A DNA stretch of 63,272 nucleotides, counting the filler, from Folioceros fuciformis (Eukaryota), in the NCBI GenBank assembly GCA_049999805.1. It is 10 parts of 10 records of this genome, joined end to end, with 100 filler letters (N's around TTAATTAATTAA, not from the genome) between each part and the next. Parts side by side here need not be neighbours in the genome. Positions count along the whole stretch, not along the records: positions 1 to 6,296 come from JBNGIO010005062.1; positions 6,397 to 10,041 come from JBNGIO010005063.1; positions 10,142 to 17,821 come from JBNGIO010005064.1; 7 more parts are not named here. One strand, given 5' to 3'. The position numbers and the translations under genes are program-made. The notes beneath the pieces are model-generated. The model was not told the origin of the DNA. It saw only the letters and a program-made list of their open reading frames with translations, and ran no database searches. This document shows positions 1 to 12,163 of this stretch, piece by piece (positions within the stretch are counted from its first letter, which is position 1; each line of letters opens with the position of its first letter).

Positions 1-555
1 GCAAGCCCTCAAGCTCAGGGGGAGTAAGACCCCTGGACTCTCTCAACCTGCTATGGAGCACGCGAAGACGGCGGAGAATCTCGTCTTCACTCAGGCAATC
101 TGAAGAAGGACGGCGGCGGCGTGGCGCGGAGCATGCTCTCTCGAGCTCTGCTATGATCACAGCAGCAAGCAGTAGGTAGGCCATCCTGACTCAAATCGCA
201 GAAACCTGGCCAAGATTCATCCTTCCTGCCGGCGGCTGGTGGCGGGCGTAAAGTGTCGAGTAAGTGGGAGTGTTAGAAAGGGGAACCCTAATCCCCTTAT
301 AAATACTCGAACACTTGATGGTTATTTAGCGTTTAATAAGCATGATATGAAACGGTGCCCTAACTTTATGGGCAGGTGGCAAACGGCCAACTGCCATAAC
401 GAACTCTTGTTCACGCGACCACAAAAGGTCGACGTACACAACACATTAGATACCTTTTCTTTCCTCTCACGCGCCTCGTCTCTAGCGCTAGTCGATCCTA
501 GTCTATGTCACAACAGAGATTCCCAAAAAGAGAAATCCTACCATTTTCCAAGGAC

Positions 556-2419
556 CTATTTAGTATGTGGAGTCCACACATCACAATACCTAGCCAATTT
601 GGCTTCTTGCTCCAAGTCTGGCAGTTTCAACATGGTGTTCATAAACAGCAAGTGAAACTCCTCCAACGAGCTTGTGTGCTTCAAACTGTACAAGGCTGAC
701 CAACATCGCTCTTTATGGTCTTTAGGCAAAAAGGCTTGCAGCAACTCTGCCTTCATCACCTCCCATGACATGATAGGTACTTTCTCCCCACATTTGCTGG
801 CCTCCTTTCGATTTTCCCACCAAGGTCTAGCCAAATGGCTGGTGTAGTGTGCAGCTATATCAATCTTCTCCTTCTCTGACATGCTCACAGCTTCAAAGTA
901 CAATGAGAAGGCCTTGGTCCACTCTTGCAACTTTGTTGGACTCCTGTCAGTGCAACTCAGGGTTTCAAACTTGGCCCTCTTGCGGAGATCATTGTTCTTC
1001 GTTGAATCTAGACCCTCGTCAAAAAGTAAGCCTTCTCGCATTGCCATGTCATGGACAGCATGTGCTTGAGCTCTCTCATGACGGGCTATGTGCAGCCTCC
1101 GTGATATTTCAGCAATCTTGGGATCCTCCTACTCCTCTGGAGCGAGCCCTTAAATTCTAAATTGCTTGAGAGTCGCTATTGACAAAATTGCAAGGTGTGC
1201 ACGCTAGCAGTCTTATTGGGAGTCACTATTGAGGTTGGCTACATGTTGTTAGGGACAGGTTCGTCACCTTGATTTACTTGTGGTTCTCTTGGACGGTGGC
1301 TCTCATGACCCAAGGTTGGCCTCTGGAGCGCCTCAACGAGCATGTCTCTCAAGGCTTGCTCGCGCTCAACATTCTGCGTAAGCAACTTTGCCACCATCTT
1401 GTCATGTTGGGCCTTTTGCTCTTCTAATGTGCGATGCAAAATTTCTTGGGCCTCAGCTTCCATACAAGATCGAAACTCTACCGCGCTCTGCTCTCCCCAA
1501 GGTGTCTAATTTGGAAGTGGCTCCTCGTGATAATCTCTAGAAAGAACCTCCTCCATCACGGGTGTCGGGTCTCAAGTTGGTTCAGGTTCGCTTCTTCCCT
1601 TGTTGGCAGCTCTAGACTTCCCTCCCCGTGCTCTTGTCGTGGTAGTGACACGTTCCTGCTTCATGAACGTGCTCTTCTGCTATTGTTGAGGTTTCTTGGT
1701 GCCAACTGTGGCTGCTAGTCCTCCCCTCTTCCTAACTCCACCAACTCTAATTGCAGGACTTGGCTATGAGTGTCTGGCTTCGACTATGGGCACGGTTCTT
1801 TTTCTCAATCGTGAAGAAATTCCACCAGCCTCCATGGTAACGCAATCGACCAACCAATAGATTTGTCTTGGTGCCCGCAATGAACTCGGCCTTTGTTCCA
1901 GGGCAAGAAATTTCCCTCCCACAAGTACTAAATACCCGATGCCTCACCTTCCGCTTTTGGACTCCTGCGACACTCCACTTAAGCTGAACCACCTTTCGAG
2001 CAGTGGCCAAGATTTGCAGCACTCACGAGTGCCCTCGTCGCTGACCTTTCCAAAGCTCTTTCCTCTCGATTGCTCTCATAAACAGTAGATTCCTCCTTGA
2101 CAAGGTCCATGACTTTCTAGCTTCTTGAATTTCCTCTCCAGATTCTACAAGAACTCGTATTGTGTTCGCGATGCACACTGTCCCCCCAAAATTTGAAAAG
2201 TCTATAAAGGCTGTCAAGAACCACTCTACCCCACCTACATATCTCGCATCACTGCCCCATCGCTCATCTTTGGTCCCAAAATTCCAAGATGGCAAATCTC
2301 TGCGAGCATACGCCCTTTCCCAAGCATATTGCTCCCTCTTGTCCTAGCCACGAGCTCCACCGTGGGTCTTGCCATCTCGAAATTGTCATCCCTCTCCCGA
2401 TCGCTCGGCTCTGATACCA
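556..2419 (-). mobile_element. Ty3/gypsy LTR retrotransposon 5' internal region with degenerate gag (556-1047)
   Basis: Retrotransposon-gag-like text (LQEWTKAFSLYF...ARPWW...SWEVMKAELLQAFLP) downstream of a minus-strand PBS and LTR; gag is stopped and truncated near 515. Confidence 0.85.
2408..2419 (-). promoter_or_regulatory. Primer-binding site (tRNA-iMet type)
   Basis: Reverse complement reads TGGTATCAGAGC, 2 nt after an LTR-terminal CA. Confidence 0.9.
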
Positions 2420-2421
2420 AA

Positions 2422-3020
2422 TGTAAGGAAACATCGATCTCGCCAACAAGCCCATGGCTCCCAAGGAAGAAAAAGCAAGCCCCCGCCATTCGTCCTCGTT
2501 TGGGTTCTTGACCCCAATTAGTTCAATCGCTACTTGGGTTAGTTACTATCTCGAGTTCGTCTAACTTGAGTTACGTAACCCCTAGTCCTAACCCTAACTA
2601 CCTAACTGGTTCTCTTCTAAACTCTAGGCATGCCTTAAGCTGATATAGTTGCAGCCATTGTTCGTGTGCTAGCAACTTCATTTGGGCACTGATCAGGTGC
2701 CCTATCCTAGTTCTCATCGAGCTACTCTTAGCTTGTAGGCTCTATAGAATTAGGGTATCCAGCATTTTAGGTTATTTAAGTTATTTAATTAATTAGGCCA
2801 AACTCAAATAGCAGCTGATACAAATCGCTAGAGTCGTATCGGTGCCCCTAATAGTCGCGACCTAAAAATCTAACCGACACCGTCCACGGGACACCACTCC
2901 AACGGTTGTCTTCACGCTTTTTAAGGCCCACGGCCTAATGCAAATTATCTCTTCTTCTAATCTTTCTCTTGCTCGATCCTAATCTAACCTTTAGGCTCAC
3001 GGCTATAGCTAGCCGTGACA
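2422..3020 (-). repeat. 5' LTR of the gypsy element
   Basis: Minus strand TGTCAC...TTACA; PBS on one side, abrupt start of copia RT coding sequence at 3021 on the other. Confidence 0.75.
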
Positions 3021-4424
3021 ATGAATAACATGAAGGTCATAAACCATGATGGTAAACCCAAGTACAAGGCACAATTAGTTGCTAAGGGTTTTAAGCAACA
3101 GCAAGGTATTGACTTTGATGAGATTTTCTCACCAGTTGTCAAAATGACCACTTTGCAATGTGTTCTTGCTTTGGTTGCAAGAAATGACATGGAACTTGTC
3201 CAGATGGATGTGAAGTCGGCATTTCTGCATGGTGATCTCCAAGAAGAGGTATACATGCAGCAATTAGAGGGTTTCATTGAGAAGGGCAAGGAGAATCTGG
3301 TGTGCAAGTTAAAGAAGAGCCTTTATGGTTTGAAACAGGCACCCAGAGAGTGGTATTACAAGTTCCACTCATTTATTCTTTCTCAAGGCTACAAATGTAG
3401 CGATGAGGATCATGGCCTCTATCCAAAGCAAGCTAAGGATGGAAGCTTGCTCATTTTGGTCCTCTAAGTGGATGATATGCTAATTGTTGAGAATAGCAAT
3501 AATGAGATTTCAGCGTTGAAGTCAAAGTTGAATGCTCGCTTTGACATGACAGACTTAGGAGAGGCCAACCATATTCTTGGCATGCATATTTGTTGAGACA
3601 GACAGAATCATTTGCTTTGCTTGTCTCAGACTGAATACATTAACAATGTGCTTCAACGTTTCAATATGGAGAAGGGGAAGGTATTGAGTACTCCGTGGCC
3701 TCCATATGTGAAACGTTCAAGCAAGGATTACCCAAGCTCTATAGAGGACAAAGCTGAAATGGAGAAGATTCCATACTCATCAGCTGTAGGGAGTTTGATG
3801 TATGCAATGATTGCTACACGTCCTGACATTGCTTTTGTAGTGGGAGTGGTTAGCAAGTTTATATCAAACCTTGGCAAGAAGCATTGGGAGGCAGTAAAAG
3901 GAGTTATGAGGTATTTAAATGGTACAAAAACTTTGTGCATATGTTTTGGTAGTGAAGATGTATCTGTCGTTGGATATACGGCTGTTGATTATGTAGGGGA
4001 TATGGACAAAAGGAGGTCCATATTAGGTTATGTCTTCATATGCATTGGAGGGGCAGTCTCATGGCGATCTCGTTTGCAATCGAGCATAACGCTATCTACC
4101 ACAAAGGCTAAGTATGTTCCAGCGACTGAGGCTTGCAAGGAAGCCATATGGCTTGCTCGTTTAGTTGGAGACTTGGGGATCAAGGTTGAGCTGTCATTGT
4201 TGCATTGTGATAGCCAGATTGCTATCCAATTGGCGAAGAATTCAGTGTTTCATGCAAAGACCAAACATTTGGAAGTGAAGTATCACTTCATTCGAGAGGT
4301 GTTGGAAGACAAGAGGGTGCAGATTGTCAAAGTTCATACTAGTCAGAACCTTGAAGATATTCTTACCAAGGGGCTCTCTACAGAGCAATTCGCACAAGCT
4401 CGGACACTCATGGGCATGAGGTAG
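3021..4424 (+). mobile_element. Degenerate Ty1/copia RT-RNase H
   Basis: KAQLVAKGFKQ, QMDVKSAFLHG, SLYGLKQAPR, *VDDM (YVDD motif hit by stop), HAKTKHLEVKYHFIRE; in-frame stops. Confidence 0.95.
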
Positions 4425-5196
4425 ACCGCTCTCCTATGAAGGTAAATGGTTGGCTTGCTCGTTTAGTTGGCCATCCACCATGACAAAAACCCTAGCTTGT
4501 CTAGGAACCACTTGAGATATCACCTCTTAGGCTGGACAACAAATCCCTACATATAATGTTTAGGATGACTCTCGCGCAGGTTGCAGAGACTCTAAACTGC
4601 GCTTGGAGTTGGGAGGGTGATTTCCACGACTCCTGTTCCCAATCCCATACGTCCCGTAGGAACACCATTTCCCTCAATCCAACATTCCGAAAGTGTTGGG
4701 ATCTTCTGATCTTGCATGCCTGCTCTGGTGACCACACGTGGGGGCAACCCTGTAGAGGTAACGCAAGGGCTTCTGAGCGTTTGTCTGGGAGTTGCCAGCA
4801 GGCCATAGCCAGACCCTTGCGGAAACTACTCAAAATGGAGTGCCACAACGGTGACCCTTCCCCTTGAGCCAACCGAACACGGTCCGCAAGAACATGCACT
4901 AGGCCCTGTTGACCAGCCTTGCTAAGTTGAGCGCTTTGGAGTCTAGTATTATTAAATAATGGGTTTATTATTTAAAGGGTCCAGCCCTAACTTATTAATT
5001 AAACTAGGGTTAGAGGTCAAGTTGAAACGTTGTTTTAAGTTTTTTTTTAGGGTTATGAATGGTTACGACTCTTTACACACACTTTCTTGTACCTTGCCAA
5101 CCCCTTTTTCTTATAATCATTCTCTTATGTGCTGATTGCTATGGCTTCTACCTATGCAAACTAATGAACCACAAACTAATGAACCATTCTTGTTTA

Positions 5197-5207
5197 TGGT
5201 ATCAGAG
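5197..5207 (+). promoter_or_regulatory. Orphan PBS-like site of another LTR element
   Basis: TGGTATCAGAG; no recognisable gag follows. Confidence 0.5.
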
Positions 5208-6104
5208 TAGGAATTGTTTCCATGCTTGGTGTGACGTATAATTGACCTTGTAACATCCAAATTTCATGGATACACAACAGGGCCAAATTAAAGACGTCCA
5301 CCACTTGCAATTATACATAAAATGTGTATTGGTCCTTTATAATCTCTAGCTATTTTGCTGTTCTAACCCCACAAACCTCCAAATCATGAAGAGGCGCTCT
5401 TTCTCCAGTCACTTGTGATCTCTCCAGTGACTGCACACAAGGAAACCTACCATAAATCAGTAAATGATCCTTAAATTTAATAAATTGTGTCCTTAAGTTC
5501 AGCAATTTTGCTTATTAACTAACCTAGTAGTGGAAATGACAAGGAAACATAATAAATCACAATCTTGTAGATGCCATTCACCTCAGACATCTACATGTGT
5601 CATTAGATGTTGTAATTGTCATCCAATAGCTTGTCATTTTCAATAATTCAGATCATACCTAAATACAAATAATATAGGTAAGTCAGAGACTGGAAAATAT
5701 AGCAAGTTAATCCAGAATCACCTGCACTATACAAAATTAAGTTACTACAGAAGGAAATTCTTGAATTGAAGCGCAAAACAAAATATGATACAAATATGCT
5801 ACTTTGGCAATTTGGTCAATTAGCATGTAAGCAAACCTGGCTAGAAAACAAATTTGATTTGGTAGATACGAAAACACATATTTTGCAACCTACAGCCAAG
5901 CCAGTTTACTCACGTTGTGATCCAATAGTTTCCTACATACCTAGTAGCAGTCCATATCAACCTCAACCTGAACCGGTAGGTTTGACCACTAGTAAAATGT
6001 CACAACTGCTAGAGCCAACTGACATGATACTTAGCAGCATTGCTAACCCTTTTAAACCGAATATAACCACCCTGTAGGATACCTACACAAGACAGGTCGA
6101 CTAA

Positions 6105-6296
6105 TGTGAACCTCCAAAGTTTGGGGTAGTAGTTTGTTTTGGTTGAAAAAGGGTTAATAGTGGTATGGTTTGGTTTTCTTTTTCAACTTATTTTTCCTAA
6201 TTTTCCTTGATTTTCTGGTCATTTTTCCTATTTTTCTTTGTGTTAATTGACCAGGAAATAGTTGGTTTGGTTATAAGAGTGGGTATAGGTTTGGTC
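6105..6296 (+). repeat. Dispersed repeat, probable LTR 5' end; second copy at 61766
   Basis: TGTGAACCTCCAAAGTTTGGGGTAG...GGGTATAGGTTT closely matches 61766-61971; both copies run into gaps. Confidence 0.8.
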
Positions 6297-6396
6297 NNNN
6301 NNNNNNNNNNNNNNNNNNNNNNNNNNNNNNNNNNNNNNNNTTAATTAATTAANNNNNNNNNNNNNNNNNNNNNNNNNNNNNNNNNNNNNNNNNNNN
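6297..6396. other. Artificial contig linker N44-TTAATTAATTAA-N44 (also 10042-10141, 17822-17921, 27899-27998, 40319-40418, 43786-43885, 56632-56731, 59727-59826, 62164-62263)
   Basis: Identical 12-mer with stops in all six frames centred in each 100-nt N block. Confidence 0.97.
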
Positions 6397-9266
6397 GGTG
6401 CCTGCTTCAAACCATAAAGGCTTTTCTTTAACCTGCACACTAGATTCTCTGTGCCCTTCTCAATGAAACCCTCTGGTTGCTTCATGTATACCTCTTCCTG
6501 GAGATCACCATGCAAAAATGTTGACTCCACATCCATCTGGACAAGTTCTATGTCGAGCCTCGCAACCAGACCAAGAACACATCGCAAGGTCGTCATTTTG
6601 ACAACCGGTGAGAAAATTTCATCAAAGTCAATACCTTGCTGTTGCTTAAAACCCTTCGCAACCAATCGTGCCTTGTACTTGGGTTTGCCTTAATGGGGTA
6701 TGTCCTTCATCTTATACACCCATTTGCATGGCAACGCCTTCTTACCCTTAGGCAACCGAACCAACTCCCAAGTTTGGTTCTTGTGGAGTGAATCCATCTG
6801 CGACTGCATCGCTTCCTCCCACTTGTCCTTGTCAATCACTGACATGGCCTCTTGGTAACAAGAGGGCTCCCCACAATCCGTCAGCATGATATAATCAAGA
6901 GATGCAACGTACCTGCCAGAAGGACGTGAGATCCTTCCTGACCTACGAAGCTATGGCGCCTCAACCGGAGCTGGTTGCACTCTCTCCTCTTGTACAAGTG
7001 GAGGAACTTGTTCCTTTTTATCACGACGTTCAACCTGTGCAGGACGGTCAAATCCATCTTCTTGAATTACCACCCGTCGCACCTCCACAGTTGGAGTAGG
7101 CTTCTTGTGCATCTTGGTCTCATTGAAGAACACGTCATTACTGCGAACCATTCTCTTGGCCTCTGGATCCCACAGACGGTATCCCATCTCACCAGATTCA
7201 CCATAGCCAAGAAAAATACATTTCTTGGACTTGGGTGCCAACTTGTTCCGAAACTCCTTAAGAACATGGTAGTATGCCTCGCAGCCAAACACTCGCAGAT
7301 GCTTGTATGACGGCTTCTTTCCAGACCACATCTCCTCCGGAACCTGCTCATCCACAGCTATATTAGGAGATCTGTTAATAAGATGCACCGTAGTAGCCAT
7401 TGCTTCGGCCCAAAATCCGTTAGGCAATCCAGAGTTTGACAATAAACTACGCATCCGCTCCTGGATGGTCCTGTTCATCCGTTCAGCCACACCATTTTGG
7501 GGAGGAGTATACGGCGCAGTCAATTCTCTCTTGATTCCCTTAGAATCACAGAATGACTGGAAAGCCTTTGAGACATACTCTCCCCCATTTTCTGTCCTTA
7601 GACACTTCAGTCGGAGGCCAGATTGAGTCTCCACAAGGGTGACGAATTTCTGAAAAACTGTCAGAACATCATCCTTTTTCCTCAAAGGATAAACCCACAC
7701 CTTGCATGAAAAGTCATCAATGAAAGTGACAAAATAAGATGCACCACCTAACGATACAGTGGGCATAGGTCCACAAACGTCACTGTGAACCAACTCAAGA
7801 GGTTTACTTTTGTGTTTACCTCTTGCTCCATGTGGTGACTTCGTCTGTTTCCCATACAAACAGTGCTCACACACGGAGAAATCGGAGAAGTCAAAAGCAG
7901 GGACGTAACCAAAACGAGATAAGATCTTCATTCCTTTTTGAGACATATGTCCTAACCGACTATGCCACAAGGAAACACTTGGCTGCTCCGTTACACAAAT
8001 CACATGATCCTTAACAGTGGTTACCTGAAGTGAGTACAAAGTGCCACACTTCTTTCCACGAGCTAACACAAGAGAACCTTTGGAGATCTTCCAAGAATTA
8101 TCTCCAAACCAACAGTGGTAGCCAACGTCATCCAACTAGTTGCCTTGCACTAATCATGCTTTTAGCCAACTTCGGAACATGCCTAACATCCTTCAGTATG
8201 AATGAAGATCCATTGTCGAACTTCAGCTGCACATCACCAACGCCTGCAATCTTGCATGTGTAGTTATTTCCAAGCCATACACATCCTTTCCTAGTAGCAT
8301 CATACGTGCTAAACCACTCCTTATGTGGAGTAACTGGAAAGATGCTCCAGAGTCAATTATCCAATTAGAGAATAAGTGACTCTCCACAGCTGTCAGTTGT
8401 GTAGAATCGAAGGAAGAAGAGATAAGAACATCTCCATCGTCAACATAATTCACCTCGTTAGGCTTGGTACTCGAACTTACCTTGGTGTCGGTTTGCTTCT
8501 TCTCCTTTCCTTCGTCCTTCTTGAACTTCTTGCAGTCCTTCCAGATGTGACCCTTCTTGTGACAATGGTAACACTCAACATTGTTACAACTACGAGATTT
8601 ACTACGGGAAGAACTTCGCTCCTTGTACTTCCCCTTTGAAGTGGACCTTCCTCTCACCATGAGGGCATTGGAACCTTTCGAAGGTTCCATATTCTTCCTG
8701 TTCACCTCCTCTGTTAACAGACTACCTTCTACATTTACAACGGTAAGACCACTGGCAGAAGCCGAATTACTCAGAGCTGTACGAAAGGTGTCCCAGCTCT
8801 CTGGTAATGTGACCAATAGAAACATAGCTCTCACGAAATCTGGAAACGAGATACCTTGAGATGAGAGCTGGCTGAAAATTGTATTGAACTCGTTTAGATG
8901 ATCGGACATCCTCGTCTCTTCCTTCATCTTCAAGTCCACCAGTTGTTTCAACCAGTACACCTGAGAAGCTGCACTTTGCTTCTCGTACAGGTCACACAAC
9001 TTCTGTCATAGCTCGTAGCTAGTGGTCTTGTCTTTCACGTTGAAGTAGACCGACTTCGACAATGTTAGCATGATGGTAGACCTAGCAAGCTCATCTAGAT
9101 CTTGCCACTCATCCTGAGTCATGCTAACAGGTTTCACTCCTAGCAACTTTATCGGCTTGATTTGCTTCTTCTGCACTAGAACATTGTACACTTGTTCTTT
9201 CCAGAACGGGAAGTTAATACCATCTAACTTCTCGATATTGAACATGACGTTTTCGGAGGACGTCAT
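6397..9266 (-). mobile_element. Ty1/copia gag-PR-INT-RT(5' part), lightly disrupted; same family as 3021-4424
   Basis: Gag start MTSSENVMFNIEKLDG, knuckle CYHCHKKGHIWKDC, protease WIIDSGAS, integrase LWHSRLGH/LVHSDVCGP/QNGVAER, RT VAKGFKQQQGIDFDEIFSPVVKMTT; stop at 9006 and frameshifts. Confidence 0.96.
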
Positions 9267-9449
9267 GATTCAAAAAACCAATGCAAATCAACTAAAAGGC
9301 TAGTTAGTAAACTGTCAGAATGTAATATAGATTCTCAAAGTTACCCTCATAACTTGTTCCAAATCGGATGTCCACAACTTGGGCTTCGATCGCTCACAAC
9401 TGGAATGTCTCCCATCGTCCGATCGAGATCTTGACTTCCACGGTCAAGA

Positions 9450-9593
9450 TTAGTGACGGTTCACACCAGTCAGAACCCTGCAGATGTTCTTACCAAGGAG
9501 CTCTCTTCGGAGCAATCCACACAAGCTCGGACACTCATGGGCGTGAGGTAGACTACTCCCCTATGAAGGTAAATTGGCCTTTAAGGGGGCGGT
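9450..9593 (+). mobile_element. Copia RNase H C-terminus and polypurine tract in + orientation
   Basis: HTSQNPADVLTKELSSEQSTQARTLMGVR* matches the end of ORF 3612-4424; AAGGGGGCGG directly before the LTR TG. Confidence 0.85.
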
Positions 9594-10041
9594 TGTAGGG
9601 TTATTAAAGCCCAATGTGCTTAGACTAATGTGATTAATCTAATTAGACTAATGTGATTAGTCTAATTAGACTATTGTGATTAGTCTAATTAGACTATTGT
9701 GATTAGTCTAATTAGACTATTTTGATTAGTCTAATCAAACTAATGTGATTAGTCTAATTAAACTTGTATGATAAGTTTCATTAGACTAATGTAATTAGTC
9801 TAAGATCAGTGTTTAATTAAGTATCATTAGCTTAAGCTAATTTTTAGGAAGCTTCCTACATAGCTTCCTGTGAGCTTCTTGTGAAGCTTCCTTAGGAGCT
9901 TTTCTAGAGGGCATAAATACCCTCTTGAGCTCCCTTTGCAATAGAGATGTGAGAGACACTGTGAGACCTCTCTTTCTCCTCTCCTCTCCTCCTCCCTTCT
10001 TCTCTCCTCTCCTTCACCATGCTCCTCTAATGATCCTTTCA
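9594..10041 (+). repeat. Copia 3' LTR
   Basis: TGTAGGG...CCTTTCA, preceded by PPT; homologous to solo LTR 29201-29491. Confidence 0.9.
9620..9803. repeat. Tandem array of 8 x 23-bp palindromic unit TTAGACTAAT-GTG-ATTAGTCTAA
   Basis: Units counted directly from 9620 at 23-nt period; no spacers. Confidence 0.95.
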
Positions 10042-10868
10042 NNNNNNNNNNNNNNNNNNNNNNNNNNNNNNNNNNNNNNNNNNNNTTAATTAATTAANNN
10101 NNNNNNNNNNNNNNNNNNNNNNNNNNNNNNNNNNNNNNNNNGATGTAGATAAGGAAGGGCTTAAGGTTATTTCTTTTCTTTATCTTTTAGGAAAGACTTT
10201 TACAAGAAAAAAGAGCACCTCAAGATCCAACATAGAAATGGGCTACGGCAAAAGTTGGGCAACAACTTTCATGTAAACATCACATAAACCACCATATTAA
10301 AATAATCCAAAATCATTCTAGATCAACCATGATCTATACTCGGTGTTTTGGTTTCAAAACCCGGGCACCCAGTGTTTTTTGTGGACCTATTAGTCATGAA
10401 TGTCTTCATGATTCTTATCTTATTCATGCAAAACGCTAGTTACGAGATTTACAAAAAAATTAACGTGCCATCATCCTAGGATAGGCTATCTTGCAAGACA
10501 GGTTAAGGAAGGGAGGCGAAGGAGAAGGAAAGGATGCCACCAGCAAACGAAGGAGAGCTACCTGCAGTGTCGTCTGAAAGAAAGAAAGAGAAAGAAAGAA
10601 AGACGCAGAATGGGGGCCTCAGAATTTCAGGGCTTCCATAGGATGGCACCATGCCTCGTGAGATACGTTCTTCGGTTCGCTTGGTCCAAGATATCAATCA
10701 GAAGCATATCAAGCTACTAGTACCTCTCGCTTAAGCAAATGGATATGATTCGTGACCTCTGCCAAAACAGAAGGAGGAGAACAAAACTGAATACCTTACA
10801 CCATGCTGGGCATGAAATTCAACGTCCAGCACCACGTCCAAAAAAGTGTCTGACACTAAATCTGCCTA

Positions 10869-11724
10869 TCAGTTCTCTTCTTCAGCGATGGTTCCCTTCT
10901 CGCTGACATAAATTCCGTCCAAAAATTTCCGGATGTCTTTTTTCTTCACGTGACAGATCTGCGGGCAGCAACCACACCCACGGTTACTACTACATACACC
11001 AAGCCAAGATCTGTAACAAACTACAACGGCCAGTGATGAGTGCAGAAGAGGAGAAGACTCGAACCTGGTTGATAAGGGCTGCTGATCTCGAGACGAGCTC
11101 AATATCGTTGCCCTCCAGAATCAGCTCGTCCTTGGTCTTCTCAGACCTCGTAACCGTGACACCACCGAGCATGTCCACCTTCCGCACCTGCCACACATCC
11201 ATGTCGTTAACAGCACACCACAAAACCCTCACAAACGACCAGGAACCACAGGTTTAGGTCACAAATCCTCACCTTCTTCTCCCCCAAAAAGTTCCTGATC
11301 TCGATGTTGTCCTTCTCCGCGGAGATGCTGGCGTTGATAGGGAAATGAGCATACACAAACCTCATTCTGTACCGGTAGCCCTTGGTAACCCCGGTGAACA
11401 GGTTGTTCACGTGACTGATGGCGGTGCGGATAGCAGCCGTAGTCTTCCGGTTACCGAACCACGCATCCACCTGCAGCTTTGTGCCGTTCTCAATAATCTG
11501 GAAGTCCAGATTGAGGTGCTTAAAGTCCCGCAGCAAAACGCCCCGCGGCCCTGTCACTCGGACCTGGACGCCACAACCACGACACAGTCATCACCGGAGC
11601 TCAAATTCAGCTCGCCATCTCTTCCACCACCTCACAAACGAACCCCACGCACTTTCTTAGCCCTAATCTCCAGCTTGACGCCGGGTGGGATGTCCATAGT
11701 CTGCGACGCCTTGATGGTCTTCAT
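10869..11724 (-). CDS. RPL9: 60S ribosomal protein L9 (uL6); exons 11724-11653, 11563-11273, 11187-11065, 10958-10869
   Basis: [13 protein letters not shown]...VTGPRG...[10 protein letters not shown]...[16 protein letters not shown]; three GT-AG introns keep frame. Confidence 0.97.
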
Positions 11725-12163
11725 GGCTGACTCCGCTGTGTGTCCCGGGCAACACACCTCCTCACCAGCTCAGGGTCTCCCCGCTGATGGCCGCCGGAAG
11801 AAAAGACCTCCTGACTTCAGGGCTAGGCTTTTTGAGGTGGAGACCCGAACGGCTTTAAAGCCCTAATTAAAAGTGTAGTCTGCCATTGGTATAACCATGA
11901 TAAAAGTGGTCACTATCTTTTTTGTGTACATACTGAATTTAAGCACCTGGGCCTAGTTCCCACGCAGTGAACAGAGAATCCAAGTTGTGACACTCGGCCG
12001 GTGGCGAGCGTGAAATAAGTACGGCGTGTAACGAGCTGCTTGCTGACGTCTTGAAGCACGTTGCTCGGCTGTGAAATGGAAGCCAATTGATCGGGAAGCG
12101 AAATTTCGGAGGAAAGATTGGGCCATGGAGGAGGTGTGGATGTGAAGACGGGATTGGTTTGCC

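Noticed and set aside
6341-6352. Recurring TTAATTAATTAA palindrome
   Set aside because: Always centred in 100-nt N blocks; artificial linker. ORFs ending in or crossing it are artefacts.
9620-9803. Possible CRISPR array
   Set aside because: Repeats abut with no unique spacers, lie inside an LTR, and there are no cas genes.
11345-11866. Long antisense or alternate-frame ORFs over RPL9 (likewise over KELP, RPL24, GrpE and pol genes)
   Set aside because: Shadow frames of real coding sequence.
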